From Phoronis australis (lineage: Eukaryota > Animalia > Phoronida): DNA of 64,000 bases. The stretch covers positions 185,115 through 249,114 of the forward strand of contig NMRA01000135.1 in assembly GCA_002633005.1 (NCBI GenBank), written 5' to 3'. The notes beneath the pieces were generated by a model. That model did not search any database. It had not been told where the DNA came from and saw only the letters and a program-made list of their open reading frames with translations. The translations under genes were made by a program, and so were the position numbers. Position 1 is the first letter of the stretch; each line of letters begins with the position of its first letter. Positions 34,401 to 48,600 of this stretch are shown in pieces.

Positions 34401-37400
34401 TGCTGCCCGGCTGTAATGCTGACTCCAGATAATAGTATTTGAATGACAAATGTTGCTGAAGATAAATAGTCTATCAAATAACAATTGTCCGCCGTTCCAA
34501 TTGTCCGCTGTTCCAATTGTCATCTGAAGAAGGAACAAAATATAACAAAATAAAATGTGGAAACATTAAATAAAAACAAATAACATTTACCAGTTAGCAT
34601 GACTTGCATTAACAAAATGTTATCTGAACGAAAATAAACTTTGCCCCGGTCGTATCATTGCATCTGACTTTTTGTATCTTGGGCTTATATACGGAAATCG
34701 TTGGTATTACTTTCCAAAATTATTTACGTCTTTTGTTGGCGCCGTCAACTTACGTGACACCGGGCTGATGGGCGCATATAAAACGTAACTGGAAACCTGC
34801 AATGTAACTACTGTTTCAGTTGAAGTCTGGCGAGCGAGCACGGCGAGGACCAGAAAAAAAAATTGTTTCACAACGCTTCATGGATAAATGTCCCGCATGC
34901 TGGAAGTTTCTAGTCAGAAGTGCATTTTCAAAAGACGCAGAAATTTGTCACAAGACGTTTTAAAAATTAAAACTCGTAACAACGCAAGTTGGTGTCAGGC
35001 GAGCCATTTCATTGTCACAGTCGAAAATCGAACTGTATGTACCTATTAAAAAAATGCACCAGAACACCATGCAGCCAGTAACGCTACTAGAAAAGTTGCA
35101 GCCTTCGATGCAGGCCCGTAGCCGGGGGTCGAACTCCCCCCCCCCGGCTACGTAAATTCGTAAACTAGCTTTTGATTTTGACCACTTGCCTTTACGAAAT
35201 TGGTCTAAAAAATTCCCTTAGTCAAATTAGAGGTTTTTCTGAAAATAAAAATATGACCAATTTCACAACAATTATTGATGGAGCCGAATACCGAGTCACG
35301 GATTTGCCGCTGATGAGACTAATCTGTTTTCCATCTTTAGGTAGTTTATAAATTTGTCAGGGTAATATCAAGGAGTTGACATTGTGATAAATAAGTTGAA
35401 TTCGCTTTGTGGCAATAGCTGAAATAAGAAAGAGTGCAACGACCACCCGACTAAATCAACATTTTATTGTCATTTTATAGACTGGAACTAGGACAATGCA
35501 TGCAAAGAGCGCTGCAAACAATTCACAGTAGTGAGAACTTGATCACCAACTGTAACTGGTGATGAATACAAAGGTTGGATAGACTGAAAAAATGGCATGT
35601 GTGTACATAATTTTTGTTGTGAAGGCTACACCGTATAACAAAAAAAACAAAACTGACCTAATTCTATTCATCTTGGCGTACTCGCCTCTCAGTATAATTC
35701 ACCACTCGTGCTAAGAGTCAGACGATGAGTTGGGTTATCGACTACTAGTCAAGGTAACTGGAATTCGCGCCACGAAGACATTTTTTCCATACCAACCATA
35801 AGCAATTATTTACAGCATAGATTATATGCACTATAGTTTATGCTTATAACAAATAGTCTCAGCACAAAGCTACATCTCGCTTGGGGAAAAAATCATCGGG
35901 ATTGGGGCTGGTGGAAATGGTCAAATTTAGCCAAGAACATGCATGAATCTAAAAATAAACCACGCTTGCACTTCTTACCCAGATAAATGCTTCCAACTAA
36001 TTCGGTTCACATTTAGTTTTAGCCCGTAGCATGGAAAAGTTGGGTTTGTGAACGTAGTGTGATCGAACCACCTTGGTGTGACAAAGACCTCGGATTTATT
36101 TTGCCAGCCCCTCCTATCGCCACCATATCGAACTCCCACCCCATTCTCCGGATGTCGCCAATTCCCACACCCGCCATAGGGGTGGGAACCCTGAGGAGGC
36201 AGCCATCAGCGCGAGCCAGCGTGGGGAAACATGCTCTGAAGTTATAATTATTTTAACATGGTGAGGTTCCGGGATTCCTGGTAGGCTACACTACTTTTGG
36301 GCCGTTTCAAAATCCCTGATTAAAACACGGGTACCCCATATCCTGGCGGCAAATGATACACGGGTGTCCCAAAAACTAATATACTCACACTTCAGTACAA
36401 TGCCGGGATTTCAAATTCAATTCCCTTGGATCAGATTCTACGCCTGGGCCTTCTGTAGTCTGCGAAAGTGGGTGCGTGAGCCATCGGGAATTTGTAACAA
36501 ACGTCTCAGGTTTGGAGAACGAAAATTATTGCGCAGTGTTACTGGAAACTAAAAAATACCCAGCAAGAACAGACATTTAATCGTCTTAAGTTAATTAACA
36601 ATGCTTTTAATTTGGTTTAAAGCCTCGATTCCACTTTGATCTCTGTTTATGAATTTAAACCACTAATGTTGTTTCTAATTAAATAATGCATTTATTGTCA
36701 TTTGAATTGCGAATACACTTTGGGACACATTGTAGAACTGCCTGAATTTCAACAATATCTTTGGGAGTTATTTCAAAATTCGTGTAATGCACATTGCTAT
36801 TTGGGGATCGGATGATAGAGAATTTTCCATCTTCAGTTCTCTGAAGCATTACCAATTCTTACAAGATTATCAAAAAATGTACGAATAAATCGATTTTCGT
36901 AGATAGATAAGCATCTAAATCAGAAACCAACGACTTTTCCAGTGTTTTGAGTGTTAATCCGTCAGATGTGTTCTCTATACACGATCATAAAAATACTCCA
37001 GACGAGTGCTACTTTCTTACAAACAACTCCTAATGATCTTAAAAAGAAAAATTCTATTCAATTCTATTCTTGCGATACTATGGGGGGAAATATCGGCATC
37101 TTCTCAGTGTAAAATTATTGGAAATATTCCATTTCTATAATTCGCAAATGGTCTCTAAAGTTTTCCAAACTTCCTTCCTTTCGATGGCTGTCTCTCCATT
37201 GTATTTTTCAATACAATCATTTTTGGTCGTCAGTGTACGAATGTGCTAGGCGTGATTCCTTAACTCGACTCTAGGTGCGATAGGCTTACTGAGCGTGGCT
37301 TCAATGCATAACGAGCAGTCGATTCTTCTCAAGCCAGAAATTTCTTCTCACTTACGCAAGGAAAAAGTTGGGACTACTTTTATTGCAGCAAGTGGTCTAC

Positions 37401-37944
37401 AGCTGCTTCTGCATTAGAGTTAGTCTGTTTGCGGTCGGAACATATTTTATCAAAAAATTCGCTTCGGGTTCATGTAAATCATTTCATGAAAAAACGGAAA
37501 TGGTTACTATAAGGGCACTTACTGATATAAGTGATATGTTATTTCAAAACTACGAATAAACACCAATAAGACCAATAGTTCATTCTAGTACCTTTTGTCA
37601 GAACCCGGAAGGGTACTTATGACTCCTGCTGATTATTGTGTGAATCAAACATTGGCATGTTTCAATTACTTGACTAATTCAAGCTCCTTTGATAAATTGT
37701 ATTTTTTGTTACCGAAAATACAACTATTATTATAATTCAGTATCAATGATGATTACTGAATGATGTACAGTATTCCAAAAGAAGAAATGGAGCCATGTTT
37801 AATGTCACTTGTTGAACAACTTCGAATTCAGTTTACAAGTAAATAAGCCTTTGTGCGGGTAGTTTACGTTTTCATCTGTTTCCATGATCAGTGTCTCAGG
37901 GTGTTCCATCGAAACGTTATTTGTCGGTGAATGCAACGTGAGTT

Positions 37945-38230
37945 TTCATAATTTATACAAATTAAGGTCGCCATCATTTTATATTCTACTTGTTCCTTTA
38001 GCTGCAGTATCAGGCACCACAGGTACATTGGGATGATACTTGGACCAATGTTGCTACCGTTAAAAATGATATCAGTTAGCTGCATAATAAATGTACATGA
38101 CATAAGCAAATTACACAAGACCGTTTTGATATTTGCACCCACGTTTTGGTAATGAATGAGTTTAATCAAATGCGTTTACAGATTATTGCATCATAAATTT
38201 GCACTGTTTATGCAAATTAAGTTCTAATGC
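37945..38230. repeat. Detached remnant of the Academ-like subterminal repeat family
   Basis: ATAATTTATACAAATTAAGGTCGCCATCATTTTATATTCTACTTG... matches the units at 18640-19330. Confidence 0.6.
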
Positions 38231-40370
38231 AAAAGCAAATGGGTGAATGGTCATTTAGAACTGAGCAACAACTTCAGACTGCATGGATGTTGAGTTCAGA
38301 GTTCAGAGTACCGGTTAGTGTTGGATAGATACTGAGGTCTATTCCTAGGCAGGGGCAGACGACATTTTTAAGACTGGCAAAGAAAGCCTATGCAATTAAA
38401 AGCAAAACTATAGTGCTTTCCAAATACAATATATTTCGCCCAAAATGAAGAAGTTAAGAGCCGTCTCAACCACCAAAGACATCACTGGCAAAAGCAAATG
38501 AGACAATCTTGTTTGACATGCCATGCTCTGAGGTGGGTGACTACAGCGTCATAGAGTCATTGACAGTTTACGTGGATGAATGCGGTGTACGCGTTGGCGG
38601 ACAACTTCACGGAAAATTTGCGGCTACCCTTTCAGAACATAGGAATTTTCAATTTCTACGTTTTCTGCATTGCTCGTACCTATCCGCCGACCTCGGCTAT
38701 GAACACTGCCTGTGTTTGAGCATACTTCGTAATGATTCGTTCTAGCAAACTGCAAAATGGCAGGTTGAACATATTTTGTGAAACACGTTCTAATGCCTTA
38801 GAATAATGTTCTTTTTGTTATTTTTTGGTATTTGAATGAGGTGTTAGCAGACGATAGCACACTTAAACATATTTTAATATTAAGGATTTTTAAATCCTTA
38901 ATATTAAAATATATTAAAAATCTTTAATTTGCATCATATTTTGTCAAAACCTGCGACTTCAAAAATATGTGAATCAATCGTTTTTACAGGTGTACCGGTA
39001 GGTGGCGCACGGGTCCTTGAAATTTGTGGCACTATTTATATTATCAAACTGAAAATTGCTACCCATTCTCTCTACAATCCCCGAAATTCCGTGAACACCT
39101 TAGCGTTATTGCCCTTTTAAAGCAGGGCTGCGTTCCGTAGACCCGAGACGCACGCGGGAAAAGCTAGTGTGGTCACGTGGCATGTTGATATCTCAGGAAG
39201 ACTTGCGTTTTCGAGAGATAATGCGTCAACGCAACGCAAGCCAGGCGACATCGCACAATGCTAAGCTACTAGTAAGTGCGTTTTTCATTCATCAGATATT
39301 AGCGTGATGACTTCAATTGACCAACTGCGGAAGCGGAAGCCCGATACCGAAATTACATGGTGCATGAACCAGTGGTTCGAAACAGGTGGTCTTTCTCACA
39401 GACCAACCAACACTCTTAAATCTTAGTAGCACTTGCCGATATTCCATAATATTTCATAATATTTATTAAGGAGTTCTCAAAACTTACTACCTACTGTTCA
39501 AGTCATAGATGATGAACCCGCAGGCAAACCAAGTTTCAAACCAACCTCATCGTGTTCTTACCCTTTGTTTGAATTGAAATTGGTTACAGTAAACTCACTG
39601 ATGGCCCTATAGCCCTGGTGACTGAAACTGGCCCAACTTGTGGACCCTATCTTCTCTTCTAAAGCTTAGAAATTTTTATTTTCTAATTTGATAAAGGAAT
39701 AAGGTGATAACAATTTATAACATTAAGTGCCAAGCGTCGGGCGCAGTTTTATTATTAACAAGTCTAAAATAGGGTACACAAACTTGACTAATGCCCGTGC
39801 CTTCAGTTGACTCACTTATGTTAAAGAAATATGGAACGCGAAAGCTCGTAAAAATATCTCTTAAACAATTCCTGAGGAAAGTACCAACTCGCAAAGTGTA
39901 GTGCAGAGTAATCAACTTTCCCCTCTGAGGAAATTTCAAAAAAATCACAAAATTCACGATATTTGAAATACAAGCGAAAGAAAACTCTGTGGTTACCACA
40001 GAGATTCTAATCTCCCTCCCACTCATGATAAATGCGCGCATGCCCTCACACTCAGCTGCTTGAAGTCGCTTGAGGTCAAAGGTCACATTTTGCATACCAA
40101 GGAAATGTGCTACGTCTAGGTCTTGCCATGCCAAATAAGGAGACGTGCTTTGCCTTGTGAGAGAAAAATCGACGTAGTGGCGAGCAGTTGACCGATCTTT
40201 TTTTAATTTGAAACTATAAGAAAATGCGTTGATATCAACAGAAATTAAAAATCTTTACGACTAAACAATAAAAAATGTATGGTGAGCAAGTTGAACCCTG
40301 TTTCAGTGGCAGAGAACCACTTTCAATATTGCAATTTACTCTCTTTATCGGATTCCAGGCCGCTCTTTAA

Positions 40371-41239
40371 AGAGTTCCCACAATGTATTTTCTTAGTTTT
40401 TGAGGTTTCAGTTAGCTGCTATGAAATATACATCATAAAATCTAACTAAATAAGCCCTTTTTATGCCAAATAGTCGATTTTGAAAAAAAATTAGATATTT
40501 CCAAGATTTCCACCAAATGATGTAATTGATGGAAGACGTTTTGTCACTGGGCAATCAATTGCAAATGCGGAACACTGCAGATCGAAACACAAGGTCCATT
40601 TTGGGCGAGAACTGGAAATTATTATTAGGGCAGTGAATACGGGCATCACACTCAAGTACTTGAAGAATAAGGCAATGAATTCGATTTCCGAGGGCCTGGC
40701 ATCACTCGTCCTCGATTGGAAGCAGTTTGTTCGTTATTTATAAAAGTTGCCAATACACTAAGACTTACAAGGTGACGAGTCCTTCATCGTAACGCCAAGT
40801 TTGTATTTGGTCGAAACACAATTCCTTGAAATGTGCCGAACAAAGTGTGGCTCGCGACTGAATCGCATGTTCTTTCCACACTTTAATACGGCGCAGAACC
40901 AGGTGCCATTTTTGTGCTGCTTTCACATATTTAGGAAATTTGAACGCAGAGACGTTCTCAGTCAAGTTGCTGTTACTACAGCCTCCACAAACGCACCTTT
41001 CCATGTCTGAAAAAGGCGGCTCTCCGCGAACTTTCCTCACAACTTCTCAGTTTCGCATTCGTAAAAACAACAACGGCGGAGACGGTCTTTCACCCATTAC
41101 GTACAGCCCCGATAACAAAAAATATTTTTAAAAAACTTTTTGGCTTGTTTGTTAGCAACAGGTATACTAAAGGCTATTAAATCTCATAAGATGTATTAAT
41201 AAAATTCCTTTTGAGACATAGGGTCATGGTGAGAACTCT
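40371..41239 (-). mobile_element. Kolobok-like non-autonomous DNA transposon carrying a THAP domain
   Basis: TTAA|AGAGTTCCCACAATG ... CATGGTGAGAACTCT|TTAA gives 15-bp imperfect TIRs starting with RR and TTAA target duplications. The internal minus-strand ORF (40765-41040) has the C2CH THAP pattern: MERCVCGGCSN...FKFP......W...LCSAHF. Confidence 0.78.
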
Positions 41240-42657
41240 TTAATATTAAAGCGGTATGACAAATCCGCGTTCCGTCTAAGAAGCGAACGTTAGATATATG
41301 TCTCTTGAGTTTGTAAAGAACTAACAGTAGGCCTACGTCATTCCTTGACACGCCGTGACCAGCAAAACTGTAGAGCTTGATCTCAACCAATGACAAACTG
41401 GAAGGCGGGTTTACAGCCGTTCTAAATAAAGCCATGACATTTGACGCAAGCAATCACAAAATTGTGCTTGCTTTATGAAACTGACAAGACACGTTCATTG
41501 AACTGTTACTTTATCATTGTCGTCCTCTGTTATTAACCTTTTTTGGCTTAGAGATTTGTTTGATATCTTCAATGGATTTTGGGACACCGGTGTTCATAGA
41601 AAAATGAAACCAACCAGTGAAACCAAGGAAAGTACACCCATATTTTTAAACTACAGATGACGAGGAAAATGTACATCCCACAATTCCCTTACCGTAAAAA
41701 AGTCCACGCAACTGTATGTCGTAAAATGACGCATATGCCTATAATGCCATGGCCTAAAATTTGAGTATGACCTTACATTATTCGAATACATAAGAGACCA
41801 TGGCTTTATGTTAAGCCTGTTCACAAGGACATTTTAATTCGCCATTTTCATCTCTATTTTAATAGTTATTTCAACAAACTTAGTTCTACCAAGTAAAATA
41901 CCAACTTTAATCGCCATTCCGTAACCCCCTAAAAATATAACGCCCTGTGAGGCAGTTTAACAACACGTGTTGTTTTGCCCTCAGTGATGACTGGGAATAT
42001 TTTCTTGGAATCATCTTAGCCTGTCAATTGTCGATTAATATTTATTTTTATCTTTGTGGTTATGACTGATTGGCATAAAATACAAGAAAAGTAAAACTTG
42101 ACCTTAAAAACAGAAGAAACGGCAGCATCGTTGCGGCTTTGAAAAAAATAAAATGTTCTCAGAAAATCCAACATAATGGCCTCATTCACGTGATTTTACA
42201 GTTGACGAAAACACACCTACGTTATTGTTGCCAAATGACATATTTGAATTTGCAATCAGGTATCTGTCAGATAAATGTCAGCTAACGTATCTAGTCTTCA
42301 GTGTCGAAGAATATAGTAGGTTGCCTTAACCACCAAACAGTCCAAGGTATCAACATAGTATACGCCGAAAGTTCAATACAACGCTCCAAAGTTAACTGCG
42401 GCTAGAATTCGTTACCCTTGCAGTGCCATCATTTGAAGTTCATTCAGATACAGCAAACCCACAGCCACTTGGAATACTGAGTTCTAGCAGACGCTACTCT
42501 GAGTATCAAAACGAAAATACAAATGTTTAATAATTTCGCAAAATATAAAGAAGCTTGCAATTTTCTATGCAGATTACTTCAAAAACCAGGATTGAAAAGT
42601 TTAGTTCTTTTCTTGCAAAGACAAGAGGCCGTCTCTTTCTTGTTCGTCGAATATTTA

Positions 42658-45600
42658 CTAGTTGTCGTCTGAGGGACCATTTGCTATGGCAATCTGTAAG
42701 AGATACAAAAGTGAAAATTACATTATAAAGGACGACACTGCTTGAGTTTTTGTTATTCGTTGTAAGAAAGGTTGTGAATAGTGAAGAAGAGACTGTTCAT
42801 TTTCTTATAATTCGTAAGTTCAGTGCTCTTATTGTTACATACGGTCCTTCGATAGGATACAACGTGTGTTGCCCCAGAAAGAAGACAGCCACTTTTGATG
42901 AACAGAACATGTGTATAGAAACCGAGACAAAAACTTCGTTGAAGACACGACTGTACAATTCGTTTGACAGCTTTATAATACAAACTCGCTCGTAATCTTC
43001 TGTCTTCAGGCGTGCAGCGTGAAGGTGGATTGTTAAAAGAGTTTGTATTAAGCTGTCAAACAAAAAGTACAGTCGTGTCTTCAACGAAGTTTGTGTCGAT
43101 GAAGGGCTGTTACCACACTATAATATCAAGACAAAGAAAATACCAAGAAGGACCTATCTTCGGACACTCGACTCCAAGAAACACCCCTGAGTTCAGCAGC
43201 ATTAAACGGAAATAACGGAGATGTCCCAGACAGAGAAGACTTTTTATGGTCAGTAAGACCATTTCTCGAAGTGCTTGCACGTACAACAAGCTGTTTGGAA
43301 ATGTAGAATAATAGTGACGTAAAGATCTTTCTAATCATTGCTTTAACTATAGTGGTAATGGGCTTGTGGTGGCGGTGGTGACGATGATGGTGACACGGAC
43401 CATGAATGCTGTCAAGATGCTGATGATGACGACACTGGTGATGATGACGCAACTGATTCTTATCGCGATACCTGCCAATGATAACGATTCAGCTGCTGGG
43501 GAGTATGGTCATGATAATGGGAGTAAGTTGTGTTGAAAACAGTGATGTTGTCAGTTACATGATTGGCGCGTTGCGGACTTACGTCTACATTGAGGTCTGG
43601 TGCATCCAGTTTGTATACCACCGAGTAGAAATACATTTCAGCATCAAGAGCCTTTTGAATATTGGATCTCAGTCTTAACCCGTGTCGTTCGCCTGTAAGA
43701 AAATGGACTCGATCAAGTGATTTTGGCTTCTAGGAACAATCCCGCCTTCTGTCACGAAGTACAACGACCAAGTTGAGACCAGCTTTATAGTGAAACGTGT
43801 ATGTGCTCTAGTCAAAATTTAATTTCTTTGACTGAATGCGAGTTCATTTTGAGGAAAAAACGCCATTCTTTCGTCATCGCTGAGATACAGAGGAAATGAC
43901 TAGGTTTTAACACATTCTCATGATGGCTAAGTCATGCTCTTCCAGTCAAAGTTAATTGAAATCGAGGACCCTACCTAGTCACAGCGAGAATTTCGGGGGT
44001 AAAACTAGAGTGATGACGTGCTTTGGTTGTAATGGATATTTCTTGAAGTCTTGCGTTATCTTGCGTTTTCGCGAGGTTCTTGCGTCTCCGTATCAGAACG
44101 CGGCAAGCTGTCACGACATGTAGCGTTTAGGCCGGTAACTAACCAAGCTAAAAATTGCATGAACGCGCTCTATGTATTTACTACTTAGCCTACGCGAGCG
44201 TGAAAAACTGAGGCCCATACGCGAAGTGTTCCTTTACACGCAGTTCCACTGCAGACGGAGAGGTATGAGCTCAACTGTCTGCCTCGAGTGAATTTTAACT
44301 TACACCATTGTTACAGCGAGGCATAATGCTCAAAGACCTGTAAACAACGTTCGCAGAAAACAACGTAAATGCAGGATTAACGTTTACCCGGCGAGAGAGA
44401 GAGTAATTGTTGTCTGGTGATGCATTGGTTTATTTTCATTGGCTTTAGAAAGTAATCGGGTAAGCATTTTAGCTTACCTCGCGCGTACTACGAGGATTTA
44501 CGCTTGCCAGGTAAAATAAATCCAAAAGAGACATTCACCTCGCTACGTTGCGAGGCACAATCCTCCGCACCGTTCAATTTGCAGCAGACATGAAAAATGA
44601 CCAGAGCTCATTTTCATTCGAGGCGCGTAGCTCTCCGTCTGGGGTGACCCTTTCGGCAGAAATGGAACACATCCCAGTTAGCAGCAAACATGAATGTACT
44701 CACCTGTGAACAGGACGAGAGAGGTAGTTACATTTTTCTCTTTCAGCGCAGAGAACATTTTCTCCGACTGGTTTGGCGGTACCACCTGCATCAATTCATA
44801 CAGAAATGTTAGTAGTAAAACATCGATTTTCAATAAAGATACGTCAATGAAATACAATAAAACCCTAGAAGCTTTCAAACAGAAAGTCGTAGTAATATTT
44901 GACTCGTCGGACTTCATGGGATGACAAGGCTTAAGTCTACGACCGAAAAATTGGAAACTCTTTTTCACCAAACAATACAATTCTGCCTTTCTAGCAATAC
45001 TGAAGTCGGGCCTAGCTTAAAACTTACTTTTTAGTGTCATAAAAGTTGTCTCAGCAAACTTGATAAGTTTAAAATTGTGTTGTCACCGCGGGTCATTTTA
45101 TGCGACAAGCATAATCTCTAAAAGTGTCAGTTGTTTTCAAACCCCAAAACCTGTCCCCATCTGATATCAGTTTCATATCAGCAAGTAGCCCAAATCAAAA
45201 GCCTTGTTCTACGATGGATGGCGCGTTTCTAGAAAACTTCTTGTTACCTCTGCACGGAAAAATAGACAAATGGAGAACAGGCATACTTTTTCACTGAAAA
45301 TTGTAATACAGTTGGATTTTGCGACTTTCCACTCAATTTCAGTGATATTTTTGCGAATAGCTATGCTTCGTCAGATTTTAATCTAGTCACACGGCGATCT
45401 AACACGCTCATAATTACCGGGTCAAGTGTCCCGTGGAAAAATATGGTTGGCGTTTTCAGTTTGTCTATCGAGTTGATCGGAGAACGCTCGGCATACAGGT
45501 CCTTGTACTCTGGGTATGGGCCAATGAGGTTATCGATGTAACGACTCTCCAGCTTGTGCGTTTGTTTAACGAGACGTTCTAAGTCACCGATACCATAGTA

Positions 45601-48600
45601 GCTTGCCGCTGTAAGACACATGTATAGTGGATATAAAGACAAAAAATGTTTACTGCTGGTGGGATTTTGCTAATTCAAAAACATAATAGACTTGTTTTAC
45701 AACGTGATATTTGTGTGATGACCAGCTACTAACAACGTTTAAAGCTGTATTTCACGGCTGTTTAGCTGTCGATGTTGAATTTTTAGGGGTTTAAAAACAT
45801 TACAACTCTCACCCGATCATGAATTGTTGCCAAATGAGCCGACAACTTAAATCACAGACAATGCGCACATGCGCCCTTTTCAAATCTGCAATTTTAGGTT
45901 TGGTTGTCCTCATACAACTATGCAGCCTTAAGTTTAGAAGACTGTTTTACAAAACAAAGACTGTTTTGGAAATTGAAGTATTGGTTGCCAACTTCAACAC
46001 GAGTATCAGGGATCCACGAGGCCTTATTTGGAAATGCACATTTTTGGCCAAAAAGCTCAGTTGGTTCTGGTCTGTACCGCGACTCACCTTAACACCCGCG
46101 CTCAATGACTAAAAATAAAAAACGTTCGTCCGCCATTTCTACCAAATTTTTGCTTCTCCTTGTTGTGTATAATTAATTACTTTATCCCACTTAGCTCCGA
46201 TTCTCGTCTCTCTTTATGTGAGAAAAACTCGCCTCTAGCTACAGCAGCACAGATCTCGGACAGCTGTAATGTTATGTTTATAACTTACAAAGTGTCATCT
46301 TACCTACACTCTCATTATCACTACTAGTAGTAATAGTGAACATTGGAACTTAACACCCAGCCTAGTATTCTGTACACGGTATAAATGAATTTTTATAAAA
46401 GACTTAAAGATTTTTCGTTAAAATATACAAATACAACACAAAAAACACTGTATGAGATGACATCGATTTTTTCTACATCCAATATTTATGATTTTACAAA
46501 ATAGTAAATTGCTGTAAAGGTGGTATATGAATACAAAACTTGTAGTGATTTTCGGTACAGGCTTTGGTGATTTAATACAAGCTTTCAGTTTCATTCATGC
46601 ACTTTTCAGAACGTCATGATATTTTCGTAATAGTTAATATAATAGCTTTACAGCAATATCATATACCGAGAACTATTTCAGTTGCGCAATTATATGTCCA
46701 TGTGTAAGTTGGTCGTCACTGGTGTCATCCATTTAAATGAACACCTGTGAGTAGAACAAGACACAAAATAATGGCAGACTTTAATAAAGTTGGCAACAGT
46801 TGTCAAGAGAATCTTAGACATTATTAACCTAAACAAGAAATCTTGTTTATTCATTACTTATAGTTTTTCATTTGAATGTGTAAACTAAAAATGGTTACTA
46901 CATTGAATTTAACTAAAGTAAACTAATTTTCCATTTTCGTACAAGTATTAAGAGAAACACTCTGAACAAGCTAACTGTACACTTTATATCATGCGCGCAC
47001 CCAGGGGGGGGGCTCTCGAGCCCCCCCCCCTCCATTTGGCGAAGTGGGCAAAAAGGTCCGCCCCTGAGAGACAAAAAGTCCGAGAAAACTGGACAAAAGT
47101 TTACTAAATAAGCGCAAACGCATGCAATTCACAGTGGTTCCCCTCGTTTTTTTTTTAGTCCGCCTGCTCTTTGTTAGCAAAGGGTCCACAACGTCGGGAA
47201 TTCGAGCCCCCCATATTGAAGGCTGGGTGCGCGCATGTGCATATGCATCCCTAAATGAGACTGAAGCTAACCAAGGTGACCTTACAGCTTAGAAATACGC
47301 TGATGTCACAATTTTATAAAGTATTATTTTGTCATGGTAGAGTGCAACCTCTAAATCCATTTGACAATTTAGGACATTTTCTTGAAACCATCATCATTGT
47401 GTTCGAACCCAGACTATGTTTTAGCTATACATGTTCAGTCAAACTTTCCACAAATGCTTGGTTAACAACATTGAAGTGAACAGGTCAAATACACAGTTGA
47501 GTCACTTTTATGGTCGTAATTGCATATTGCTTCTATCAGTTCCTAGAATCCCATGTACAATAGTCTGTACCTGCATGTTTCTTTTTAGTCTATTTGTTGA
47601 GATAGTGTGGGTTGTGACCTACAACTACTTTAGCTAGGGACTGAGATTGATTCATATGTAACAGTGGAGATAAAACCAGTTCCTGAAACTTTGGTTCAAA
47701 TTGTATCTCATTAGTTGCTCGCCTCTATCGTCTGCGAGTCGTTTTTGCCAACCACCGCCAGTGCAGAAGCCCTTTCGCGTTGCCGATCAGGATGTAAAAC
47801 CATGGAGGTCACCCGAGGGGTCCGGACCCCTTTTTCCCTTGATTTTAGTAATATCAAATCTAGAATTTTCAAAGTGTTGACCGAATCAGTGACAAAACGT
47901 ATCCTACAAGCGGCTTCTGCTGTTACGTTATGAATTTGGTTAGTTGCAGACTTTTATTGCGCATTCCGTCGCAATTTTGAGAACCAAATTCCTGGCCTTG
48001 TTTAGTCCGATCCCAAAGTTACATGAGTGCATGGTGGGCTCGAATAGGTCAGTCACGGATTACACGGCGAACTTCAGCAAGAGTTGTTTTTGTTGAATTT
48101 TGCCAGTTTGAAAAATGTGTTTTTGAACTCGAATAGGTCCCTGCCATTGTTTGTCTCCAATAGGGCAGCCCCGGATTACACGGCGATAAAACTCTCCTTT
48201 GTCTCGGAGTTAAGAAAGCACGTGACCTACTTTTGGAAATCAGGCACACTGTCCTGTGTTGCAGTCAAGTCTAATCTTCCCGGGCGGTTTCGCGGGACGA
48301 CGCAATGTTGGTTCCAAAATTCTATTCTAAAGCATTATTCTGAGGGTAATGGATTTTTTCGGCAAAATCTGTTATTCAGACAATTTTTGGCCATATGGCG
48401 GACTGTGACACCATTTCCAAGTTTCCCATGAGAAAAGACCACCATCTCGACTGTAGCTGCAATCTTCTTCAAGATGACGACTCCCTGTTGCATGTGTGCA
48501 TTGCTCAGTAGCGACTGAGAAATCGGCTGCGATTTCACGTACCCCTCAAACAAGCCAGAATTGCAAAAAGGTCATTGGTGGACAGTATTTTGAACCACAT

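Noticed and set aside
36030-36290. Pol III ncRNA (PSE/TATA-like motif) or HDV-like ribozyme
   Set aside because: The PSE-TATA spacing is too short, and I could not build the nested double pseudoknot or match any snRNA, 7SK or RNase P/MRP motif.
43126-43452. His-rich ORF ([10 protein letters not shown]...)
   Set aside because: It derives from degenerate (TGA/TGG)n low-complexity sequence in the last peptidase intron.
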